Source: Squalus acanthias
Taxonomy: Eukaryota
Length of the DNA stretch: 64,000 nucleotides
NCBI GenBank assembly: GCA_030390025.1
Contig: CM059432.1
Coordinates: forward strand, 14,386,001 to 14,450,000
Direction of reading: 5' to 3'
Below are positions 53,701 to 64,000 of this stretch, one piece after another. The notes beneath the pieces were generated by a model, which was not told the origin of the DNA, did no database searches, and saw only the letters and a list, made by a program, of their open reading frames with translations. Made by a program: the position numbers and the translations under genes. Position 1 is the first letter of the stretch; each line of letters opens with the position of its first letter.

Positions 53701-54621
53701 ATTATACTTAGGAGCCAACAGCTAGCGGAGCGAACGGTCCTGTTCCAGCTGGCTGTGGTAGATTTGAAATGAGATCCCAGTAGGGGAAGGAGAGTGCTTT
53801 AAGTCATGCACTGTCCAGCCCCACGGCAGTACACTCTACACGGAATGATTAGAGACTGAAAGCACAAGTGGGAGAAGTGAATTCATTTTACCATTTTGGT
53901 CACTGCAGGAACTGAAGCTTAACAAGCCACAACATAAAAATGGGATAAGAACAGGCCATGTGGCCCCCACTGAAGCTTCTCTCGCTGATAGTCTAATTCT
54001 CTAATGATAGCAGCCAGCTGCATTTTGAACGCTTTTTGTTTCTCCTATTCTGGCAGATTACTTCAACCATTTATCACTCTTGGAGGATCTGTTTTAAATT
54101 TACTTCTCAACCCTTTAAAGTTATGTTCTCTGGTCTCACTCCACCACTTCAAAGTTAGGATTCTGGGACGATCTTCTCTGTCATTTAATATTTTATAAAT
54201 CTCGGCGAGGTCTTTGCTTTAAAGAAAGAACTTTTCTTATTTGTTTCCAGGATGTGGGTGACACTTGCAGGACGGCATTTATTGCCCATCCAGTTTTAAA
54301 ACGGAATGGCTTGTTACACCACTTCAGAGGGCATATTTAAGAGTCACCCACACAGTGTGGGACTGGAGTCACATGTAGGCCAGATCGGGAAAGTTCCCTT
54401 CCCTGAACGACGTTAGTGAATCAGTTGGTTTTTTACAACAATCCAGCAGTTTTCATGGTGATTTGTTTCTGATGCAAGTCTATAAATGACCATATTTATT
54501 GAACTCAATTCCACAATTTGCTAAAGTGGGATTATGACCTCTTGACCTCTGAGTTGCAAGTCTCGTGCCTTTCATATCATCAGGACATCCCGAAGTGCTT
54601 CGCAGACACTTTTTTGATGTA

Positions 54622-55110
54622 TCCTAACTCGTACCTAGTCCCGTTCACCCACCACCCCTGTGCTCGCTGACCTACGTTGGCTCCCAGTCTGGCAACACCT
54701 CCATTTTAAAATTCTCATCCTTGTTTTCAAATCCATCCATGGCCTGGCCCCTCCCTATCTCTGTCACCTCCTCCAGCCCTAAAACCCTCCCGAGATATCT
54801 TGCGCTCCTCCAATTCTGGCCTCTTGAGCATCCCCAATTTTAATCGCTCCACCATTGGCGGCCGTGCCTTCAGCTGCCCAGGGCCTAAGCTCTGGAATTC
54901 CCTCCCTTAACCTCTCTGCCTCTCTGTCTCTCTCTGCCTCTCTCTCCTCCTTTAAGACACTCCTTAAAACCTACCTCTTTGACCAAGCTTTTGGTCATTT
55001 GTCCTAATATCTCATGTGGCTCGGTGTCAGATTTTGTTTGATAACGCTCCTGTGAAGCACCGTGGGACATTTTACTACGCTAAAGGTGCTACAGAAATGC
55101 AAGTTGTTGC
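54622..55110 (+). mobile_element. L2 3' end inserted into a minus-strand Deu-SINE tail fragment
   Basis: L2 body; SINE sequence ttttttgatgta|...|tgtagtcactgtt flanks it on both sides. Confidence 0.82.
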
Positions 55111-56044
55111 TGTAGTCACTGTTATACAGGCAACTATGGCAAGCAATCTCCACACAAGTTCCAGCAAACAGCAATGACTAATTAATCTGTTCTTGGTGGT
55201 TTAATCACTTTTATTCTTGACTGTACAGTCCGCGAGCATCTAATCTTTCTTCACAGCTCATTCCATTTGCACTTGGGGAATCAGTCTTGTTGCTCTTTTC
55301 TGCGCTCTCTCCAATGCAGGTATGTTTTTATGGCACGGTGATCAGAATTGAGTACAGTTAATCTCACATACAGCCGGACCTTGTTTTGCCCCAGTCAGCC
55401 AACTGCTCTTATTCAAGGCAGGAGTTCCCTTTGTGTCAATACTGACCCCTACCCACCCCCACAAAACCAATACCACCATAAAAATTAATGGTCATTCATC
55501 TTGTTGCTGTTTTGAGCGATCTTAGTGTGCAAAATGGCTGCTATGTTTGCCTACTTAGCAAATGTCTGCATTTTGAACTAATTAATTGTACAAGACACAC
55601 TTTAAGATGTCTTTGAAAGATGTGATGAAGCTATACATAAAAGGCAAGTTTTTCTTTCTTTCTTGGTGCTTTAAACCTACTTGTGCTCCTTCACTACAAG
55701 CTTCTGTTATATATATATAAAATCTCCACTTCTGCTCCACAAGGAGAGAAGTAAGGTCTATACCAGGAGCATTTTCACTCAGCTCGCTACCTCCTGAGTA
55801 CACCAAGCAATCACAGACAGGCACTTTGCAACATCGCAAATACAATTCATGTTAAAAGGTCCCAAGGAACCTGTACTTTTCCACATCAAAACTGCCACGG
55901 TTGAACTCCAGAGATTTAGAGAAGCTGTAGCTGTCTCGTACACAAACCTAGTAAGGCAGGAACTTCACAGGGGGCGGGGGAGGGGGAGGGGGAGGGGGAA
56001 GGGAGGAACTGATAGGGAATCGGTTTTTCATCAGCTATACAAGA

Positions 56045-56160
56045 AGAAAGACTTGCATTCATGAGCTCAAGACATCCCAAAGCGCTTTACAGCCAATGAA
56101 GTACTTTTGAAGTGTAGTCACTGTTGTAATGTAGGAAACGCGGCAGCCAAATGCACACAG
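56045..56160 (-). mobile_element. Deu-SINE tail fragment (others near 17483-17550, 21525-21598, 40228-40333, 59264-59378)
   Basis: acagccaatgaagtacttttgaagtgtagtcactgttgtaatgtaggaaacgcggcagcc. Confidence 0.8.
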
Positions 56161-56381
56161 GGAATTGGGAGCCAAAGTCTGGATTCGAGCTGGAGCCAAC
56201 CAAATTAAATTCCAAATTGAAGTTTAACATTAACAGCCGCTCCTGAGTAACCATCATTGTTAAAGCTTCTGATCTTTGAGTTTCAGTCTTCCCCCTGAAT
56301 TCGGATCAAAAATTTGGGTGAAACCAGCTGGAGAAAATACTTCTCAAAATGAAAACTGGACACGCATCATCAGGAAACTTT

Positions 56382-56884
56382 GGGCTAGAAATTGGGTTGC
56401 TTTGCGCCTCTCGTTAGCGCCCCCGGGGGCGCAAATGCCCTATCGCCCGGGCACGGTGCCGCTGACGCCTCCCGCAAAATTCAGTGGGAGGTCAGCGGCG
56501 GCGGTAGCCGGTAGCGCCCCGCACCGCTGCACCGGCGATGACTTCCCTTGCGCCCCCTGCCCTATCACCAGGCGATATGTGCGACAGGATCAGGGGGCGG
56601 TTTTGCAGAGGCAGAAGCGGGCAGCGGCGCAATTTAAAGGGCAGGTGTCGGGCAGCCATTTTTATTTTGGCCGACTGCCAGCCCCTGTCCCCCTTTCACA
56701 TTTGTATGCGGGGTGCCGGCCGCGATCGAGTTAATTCAGTCGTAGCGCCTCAAGGAGGGGGAGCACTTCCAGTTGCGCTTCTTGGAGTGCTACTACTGAA
56801 TTTATGGGGCAGGGGCGCTAGCTTAAAAATTAGCGCCCCGGCCAGGTTAGCGCCTCAAAATGGGCGCTATCCAATTTTTCCCCC
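56382..56884. mobile_element. CpG-rich MITE with imperfect TIRs and possible TTT TSD
   Basis: gggctagaaattgg ... ccaatttttccccc; ttt on both flanks. Confidence 0.7.
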
Positions 56885-58029
56885 TTTGGGTTTAATGCGC
56901 AGTTTTGGAAGGAAGAAATAAAATACAAATAAGTAAGAAATTTACAACTGTCTCCACAGAGTATAACGATAAAAAGAGTTGATCTATCGTTAGCTGCATC
57001 CCCAGCAGCTCCGCCCTCGTGGAACAGTGTACGACAGTGGCCACTGAAGGTATGCTCAATCTCAGTGCTGCCTATCTCCACTCAGAGAGGTCGAAGATCT
57101 CGCTGTGCTGAACAGGGAAAACTATATTCTGTACTGCACCAGAATCGCAAAAAGGCAACATTGATGCGTTCGGGTTTTATTAAATATAACCCTGATTTCA
57201 GAATTCACACTTCACCGATTAACCATCAGGTGTAACGGTAAAATCAGATGGTTTGATCATTGAAGCAGTCCACGCTAATTTTCAGAGTAGCTACATATTT
57301 GTATTTCTTTTTACAGGGTAAGGGAAGGTGAATTTTTGCACTCAAAGAGGCAAGGTATGTTCCCAGGGTCCCGGGCTGCGGTCTTCAGTCGGCAAATTCC
57401 CGCTCCCTCCCGCCAGCCAGGTAGCGAATCTGGTTGGGTGGGACTCCGGGAACTTTTATTGAACTGAGGCCCTGTGCCTCCCTTTTAAAATCGCTGCCCG
57501 AGTGTCCACACTTCCACAGATTTACGTTGCAGTCATATCTCAGCTAATTCAAATGAGATTTTCTTCCTCTTTTTTCGAGTGTAAAGAGGAAAGAATTTAT
57601 GTGGCCACATATGGTGCTGATGCTCAGAAGGCATTCTGAAGGCAGCTGGACAACATAAGTGCGAGCTAAAAAATAGGTAAAGCCTTAAAAAGGAAATACA
57701 TTCTCCTGAACGGCCCCGTAAGCATTAATGTAATAAAGGGAGATGTGTGGCTACTTTTTGGCCTCTGTCGGACAATATTTGTCGCTCTGGTTATACTTTA
57801 GACCTGCTGGTTAGAAGTAGCTGCCATTTTGTGTAGAATCGTTCCCATGGCATCAGAAATTCCCAACTTGGCATTAAGAAAGGGGAAAATCCACTGCCCT
57901 GTTCATGGTGCCAAACGAGAAGAAGCTCTGCACAACATATGTCTCTGACCCCCTGCAGTTTCAAAGCATAAAACAGATGAATGAGGAAAAAAACTTACAT
58001 TTATATAATAAAAATGCTTACATTTATAT

Positions 58030-58300
58030 GAGAAGTCGCACAACACCAGGTTATAGTCCAACAGCTTTATTTGAAATCACAAGCTTTCGGAGCGCTGCTC
58101 CTTCGTCAGGTGAAGTGAAGAAATACATATGGGCACAGCATATATAGTCAGAGAACAATGCCAGACGACTACAGTTAATCTTTCTAACTGCCCTTTATCA
58201 CACCTCGGCAGAGAGACAATCACGGCAATCAAAGGTGTGGATGGTGTCCAACCAGGTCACATTTATATGGAGCCTGATCGTGTCACCAGAATGTCTCAAA
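58030..58300 (-). mobile_element. Penelope-like fragment (family A), single arm with an intact hammerhead motif at 58077-58113
   Basis: Matches the left arm of the 48.8-kb hairpin, then continues into about 190 nt not present in the hairpin copies. Confidence 0.75.
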
Positions 58301-58307
58301 GGGCTTT

Positions 58308-58773
58308 ACCCTGTGCTCGCTGACCTACATTGGCTCCCGGTTAAGCAACGTCTCGATTTTAAAATTCTCATCCTTGTTTTCAAATCCCTCCACGGCCTCG
58401 CCCCCCTCCCTATCTCTGTAATCTCCTCCAGCCCCACAACCCCCGCCCACCCCGAGATATCTGCGCTCCTCTAATTCTGCCCTCTTGAGCATCCCTGATT
58501 ATAAATCGCTCAACCATTGGTGGCCGTGCCTTCAGCTGCCTCGGCCCTAAGCTCTGGAATTCCCTGCCTAAACCTCTCCGCCTCTCTCCCTCTCTATCCT
58601 CCTTTAAGACGCTCCTTAAAAACCTACCTCTTTGACCAAGCTTTTGGTCACCTGCCCCAATTTCTCCTTATGTGGCTCGGTGTCAAATTTTTCGTCTTTT
58701 AATACTCGTGTGAAGCGCCTTGGGACGTTTTACTACGTTAAAGGCGCTATAGCAATACAAGTTGTAGTTGTTG
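58308..58773 (+). mobile_element. L2 LINE 3' end
   Basis: PVLADLHWLPVKQRLDFKIL...KTYLFDQAFGHLP; (gtt)n tail. Confidence 0.9.
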
Positions 58774-59747
58774 TAAATTGCTGTTGGGAGTGTATCACTA
58801 GCTGCGCAGGTGGATGAGTACACAGTTATCTGCTTATATAACATTTAGGATTGTGGTTCGATTTAGAAGAATGCGCTTTCCCCTTTAACCTTGATTTATT
58901 TTATATTGGGAAGACAGTGCATTTCATTTCTGCTCAACTCGTAAAAAACAATGGCTTCAAGAACAGAATCAATTCTTCTCAGTTCCGACCTACTTTTTGT
59001 TTTTCTAAGTGTGATTTACACAAGATCCACGTAATATAACAGACAAAAAAAAGACAGACTGAAATGGCATTTTGCCCTCTTAAGCGTTTGTAGTGTTTTC
59101 CTGGCGAAGCTAAAACTCATAAATCAAAATTATTTTAAACAGTAAAGACGGCAGCCGTTTTCTATGCCTTAATATGGGCAGCACAGCCAACAGTACCAAG
59201 CACAGCAGCCACTGTGAGAATAGATTTATCAACATATTTTGGTTTAGTCTCGTTTGGTTTCGCTCCCTACATTACAACAGTGACGACACTTCACAAGTAC
59301 TTCATTGGCTGTAAAGCACTTCGGGACATCTTGAGCTCATGAAAGGCGCTATATAAATGCAACTGCTTTTGTCTTTCTAATCATAGAATCTTACAACACA
59401 GGAGGAGGCCATTCAGCCCGTCATGCCTGTGCCGGCTCTTTGAAAGAGCTGTCCAATTTAGTCCCGCACCCCCAGCCTTTTCCCCATAACCCTTGTAAAT
59501 TAGTCCTCTTCAAGTGCATGTCCAACTGCCTTTTGAAAGTTCCAATGGAATCTGACTCTACCACCCTTGTGTTCCAGGTCTTAACAGCACTCTGTGTGAA
59601 AAAAAATTCTCCATATTCTCCCTCTAGTTCGATTGCCAATTATTTAAATCTATAACCTCTGGTTACCGACTCACTTGCCAGAGGAAACAGTCGCTCCCTA
59701 CTTGCTCTATCAAAGCCCCTCATAATTTTGAATACCTCTATTAGGTC

Positions 59748-60543
59748 TTGGCTCAGTGGGTAGCGCACTCACCTCTGAGTCAGAAGGTTGTGGGTTCATA
59801 GTCCCACTCCAGGGACTTGAGCACATAAAGCTAGGCTGACACTCCAGTGCTAGTACTGAGGGAGTGCTGCACTGTCGGAGGTGCCGTCTTTCGGATGAGA
59901 AGTTAAACCGAGGCCCTGTCTGCTCTCTCAGGTGATGTAAAAGATCCCATGGCACTATTTCGAAGAAGAGCAGGGGAGTTCTCCCGGTGTCCTGGCCAAT
60001 ATTCATCTCTCAACTAACACAACAAAAACAGATTATCTGATCATTATCACATTGCTGTTTGTGGGAGCTTGCTGTGTGCAAATTGGCTGCTGCGTTTCCC
60101 GCATTACAACAGAGACTACACTTCAAAAGTACTTTTCTCTCTCTCCCCCACAGCAGCTGTCTTTCATTCTGCCAGCATTTCACACTTCACACTTCTGAGC
60201 CATCTTTTGTTTCTTAACCTGTCCTATTACCATCTCGTCTTGCCTTGAGCATCTCTTAATGTCTCTACTTACCATAGACCACCCCTTTTGTTCTTTTATT
60301 CCTCCTCCCAGCCTCCCACTTGCTTTTTTATCTGTTTCAATTCCTGCTTTTTTCTCAGTTCTGACAAAGGGTCTTCGACCTGAAACGTTAACTCTGTTTC
60401 CATCTCCACGGATGTTGCCTGGCCTGCTGAGTTTTTCCAGCGTTTTCTGTTGTTGTTTCAAAAGTACTTCATTGGCTGTAAAGCACATTGAGATGTCCGG
60501 TGGTTGTGAAAGGCGCTATATAAATGCAAGTCTATCTTTCTTT
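59748..60543 (+). mobile_element. Deu-domain SINE, near full length, split at 60134/60457
   Basis: A-box TGGCTCAGTGG, Deu-like core ggtgccgtctttcggatgag; the tail resumes after the insert. Confidence 0.88.
60135..60456 (+). mobile_element. Penelope-like terminal fragment (family B) with 13-bp TSD and degenerate hammerhead (60357-60393)
   Basis: ttcaaaagtactt at 60122-60134 and 60457-60469; AGUU-CUGACAA-A-GGGUC-UUC-GACCU-GAAA-CG-UU-AACU. Confidence 0.72.
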
Positions 60544-61554
60544 CTCCCTTTAACCTTCTCTTCTCTAAGCAGAACAATCCCGGCTTCTCCAATCTCTCCA
60601 CATAACTTAAGTTCCACAATCTGGTAAACCGCCTCTGTACCCTCGCCAAGGCCTTGACATCCTTCCTCAAGTGTGGTGCCCAGAATTGTACACAATACTC
60701 CAGCTGAGGCCTAACCAGTGATTTGTAAAGGTTCAGCATGATTGCCTTGGTTTTGTATTCAATGCTCCTATTTACAAAGCCAAACATCCCATACGCTTTC
60801 TTAACCACCTTATCAACTTCCCTGGCCACCTTCAAAGATTTATGAATATGTATCCCCAGGCCGCTCTGCTCTTGCACCCCTCCCCCTCAAAATAGTACTG
60901 TTTAGATTATACTACCTCTTCATGTTGCTCCTCCCAAAGTGTATCACTAAATACAATTAAATTACAATTAAATCACAATTAAATTGCATCTGCCATATGT
61001 CTGCCCATTTTACCAGTCTGTCTATGTCCTCCTGAAGTCCGCTACTATCCTCCTCACTACTTACTACATTGCCACAGTTTGTATCAAGCTCAAACTTCTA
61101 AATTGTACTCCCTATACCCAAGTCCAGGTCATTTATATATAACAAAAAAAGCAATGGTTCAAATACCAACCCCTGCGGGACCTCAATGCATGCTTCTTCT
61201 CTTCAGTCAGAAAAACGTTCATTCACCTCTACTCTCTGCCTCCTATTACAGAAAATTGAAATCATAAGTAAACTAGCTTTTGAAACTTGCTTGTTCTGTC
61301 CCTGGTATCAGTAACCCAACCCTCTGCCATCCTCTCTCATCAGCCAAAACTGGTCTCATTGAAATGGATAGAAACATGAAGTTAACAGCAAGAAAAACAA
61401 AGCATCTGAACACAAATTTTGTGATCTGATTTTTTTCGTTTTTTGGATGTAGCGGGAGAAGGGTTTTTTCTGTGTTCACCAAAGCAGTGTGATGAATGTA
61501 ACACTTTCCATCCCCATGGGCAACCCATATCAAAGTTGCAGAGAAGTCAAGGAG

Positions 61555-62352
61555 GGATAAAACTTGCAATATAGATAAGTGTGAGATGGTGCATTTTGGT
61601 AGGAAAATGGGAGTCTAAATGGGGTCGAGGCGCAAAGGGATCTAGGGGTACAGATTCACAAATCATTAAAAGTAGCGACGCAGGCTAACAAAGCCATAAA
61701 AATGCAAACACAGCACTGGCATTCATTTCTCGAGGAATAGAGTTCAAAAGCAGAGAGGTTATGTTAAACTTGTATAGTACCTTGGTTAGACCACACAAGA
61801 GTATTGTGCACAGTTCTGGTCTCCATATTACAGAAGGATATAGTGCAAAAAAGATTTATGGAGAAAGTGCAAAAAAGATTCAGAAGGACGATACCAGAAC
61901 TGAGAACTAGCAGGAACGACTGGGGCTGGGGCTCTTTTCTCTCGAAAAGAGAAGACTGAGAGGTGACCTGATAGAGGTCTTTAAAATTATGAAGGGGTTC
62001 AATAGAGTAGATGTAGAGAAGATGTTTCCACTTTTGGATGATTCCAAAAATAAGGGCCATAAATATAAGATAGTCACTAATAAATCCAATAAGGAATTCA
62101 GGAGAAACTTTTTTGCTCAGAGAGTGGGTGAGAATGTGGAACTTGCTACCACAGGGAGAGGTTAAGGCAATTAGCATAGATGCATTTAAGGGGAATCTAG
62201 ATAAGTATAAGAAGGAGAAACGAATAGAAGGACATGTTGATAGGGTGAGATGAAGTAAGGTGGGAGGAGGTTCATGTGGAGCATAAACATAGGCATAGAC
62301 TTGATGGGCCGAATGGCCTGTTTCTATGCTGTAAAATCCTATGTAATTCTAT
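61555..62352 (+). mobile_element. CR1 3' fragment (degraded)
   Basis: Co-linear with 1810-2405 and 28776-29160. Confidence 0.85.
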
Positions 62353-62864
62353 GGCTAACCTAGAGATTGCTAGTTTAATGTCAAATGCTGGATTGTTTTG
62401 TTGTGGGTCTGTGCCCACTAGGAATTGTCTGAGACTGCGCAAACTCACTTCATGTACCATCTTTGCAGCCTACAGAGAAACAATATAAAAGACACCTAGA
62501 TTACAATTATTGATCTGCAGACAAGGCCAACATTTTAAACTTCAGAGGATTCAGGGGGGATAGAGCCAGTCCCGCTGCAGAATAAGCAGCGACCTACTTC
62601 CGTGCAGCAAGTCCTCTGACAGAGCTCCAGATTTCATTAGTCCTCTGAGAAATTAGTATGTTAATAAATATAACACACTCTAATCTTCTATTTTAATTAG
62701 CAAGCCCTGTAAAGACTCATCACTGACCTATTTCTATCAGTCTGCCTGTGTATCACGGTGTCTGCAACAGCAAGAAAGAATTAGCGAAACAAAACCTCCT
62801 GTGGTATTGTAAAATAAAAATCAGGTGCTGGATTTGTCAGTCCTCCGTCATCTATCTATTAAGC

Positions 62865-63066
62865 GAGAAGTCGCACAACACCAGGTTATAGTCCAACAGC
62901 TTTATTTGAAATCACAAGCTTTTGGAGCGCTGCTCCTTCGTTCACCTGACAAAGGAGCAGCGCTCCGAAAGCTTGTGATTTCAAATAAAACTGTTGGACT
63001 ATAACCTGGTGTTGTGCGACTTCTCACTTTTGTCCACCCCAGTCCAACACCGGCATCTCCGCATCA
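62865..63066 (+). mobile_element. Penelope-like hairpin insertion (family A) with 12-bp TSD
   Basis: Near-perfect inverted arms of about 75 bp plus a tail of about 40 nt; tatctattaagc at 62853-62864 and 63067-63078; hammerhead core reads CUGACAA. Confidence 0.85.
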
Positions 63067-63465
63067 TATCTATTAAGCAATTAAAAGTCTTGGATATAGT
63101 TTACACTTGCTGTAAGTGTCATGCCTATATCCTGTAACACTGTCCTTACCACATTTTATCCAACATCCTTTGATGATAACACCCCATTGTTATAAAACAG
63201 CACATCCTCTGACTCACTGTTAGCAATGAATAGTGTATAACATTTAAAGAAAAGCTTTACCTCAGTGAGGGAACTACTCCAATTACACACTCATCAGCAC
63301 TCGCTCAAAGAACAGCCCGTTCAATTAACTGCTGCACCCCCATTCACACGTTCATGGAGCCCTGCCTTTCTCACTTTGTAACGCAGTGAACAAGCAGTGA
63401 AGGCATTGTTCCTGCTGCTTCCCATTACTGTGAAATAAAACCTATAGTGCATCCTCGGTAAAGTC

Positions 63466-63552
63466 AGAAAGATTTGCATGTATGTGGCGCCTTCACAACC
63501 TCAGGATGTTCCAAAGCACTGACTCAGAGGTGAGAATGCTACCCACTGAGCC
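63466..63552 (-). mobile_element. Deu-SINE with head fused directly to tail
   Basis: Tail ...ccaaagcact is joined to head gactcagaggtgagaatgctacccactgagcc. Confidence 0.6.
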
Positions 63553-64000
63553 AGGGCCGGCGCCGTATAAACACGTATTAATATATGTGTCTCACCCTTT
63601 CTTGAGAAAGTGAAGGAAAATGAACACTATGGAGACAGGCTTAATAAGGAACGCTTTCTGGCACCATCAATCCTGGGAAAAGCTCTTCGCCCACAGCATT
63701 TTTTGCTTTCTCTGGCTTTGCAATGAGAGAAAGCAAAGTCGCACTGAAAACCAGGACTTACTGACACAGTGTAGGTGGGGCTAAATTCAGTCTGAGGGCC
63801 CAACACAGGTTCCCAAGGTTGGCCTGTAGCCCATATAATGCGTAGGTCTGAATTACACAAAGTATAAGTACTCTAACTTTCACACCGTACGGTGTAATTT
63901 CATTCAAAACCTGCCATGCGTCTAGAGTCTATAATGAAACTATCTCAGACGAAGCACTTAGCATGATGCATCTTTATCTACCAAAAACATAGCGAGTGTC

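Larger units (their letters stand above)
59379..61245 (-). mobile_element. CR1 3' fragment hosting nested SINE and Penelope-like insertions
   Basis: CR1 at 59379-59747 resumes at about 60543 (ORF 60458..60877 LVRPQLEYCVQFWAPH). Confidence 0.85.

Noticed and set aside
26100..64000. Upstream MTCL1 exon (VAKDVSVRLHHEL-like) or a second host gene
   Set aside because: Not found by inspection or in the ORF track; probably beyond the window end. Small or non-coding exons cannot be excluded.

Overview
Eukaryotic, intron-rich DNA. The repeat landscape (Deu-domain SINEs, CR1 with esterase ORF1, L2, RTE/BovB-like, Penelope-like termini) points to a cartilaginous fish, probably a shark; this is inference. 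Only one host gene is supported: an MTCL1 (SOGA2) ortholog on the minus strand. It has five phase-0 coding exons (26033-26092, 15482-16807, 11979-12134, 5524-5646, 49-279). No further exon was recognised in 26.1-64 kb, so that stretch is read as one large intron. The rest is mostly transposon debris: a near-full-length frameshifted CR1 (7.1-10.8 kb), many CR1 and L2 3' ends, two RTE generations, GC-rich Harbinger-type MITEs, a 40-bp minisatellite and a 1-kb C-rich repeat. The most notable signal is a set of short Penelope-like insertions carrying minimal hammerhead-ribozyme motifs. Two are ~200-bp hairpins with target-site duplications (TSDs), and a second, sequence-distinct family has the same ribozyme architecture. 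Several nested insertions keep their TSDs, giving a relative chronology. Family names come from remembered motifs, not database searches, and repeat boundaries are approximate unless a TSD is given.
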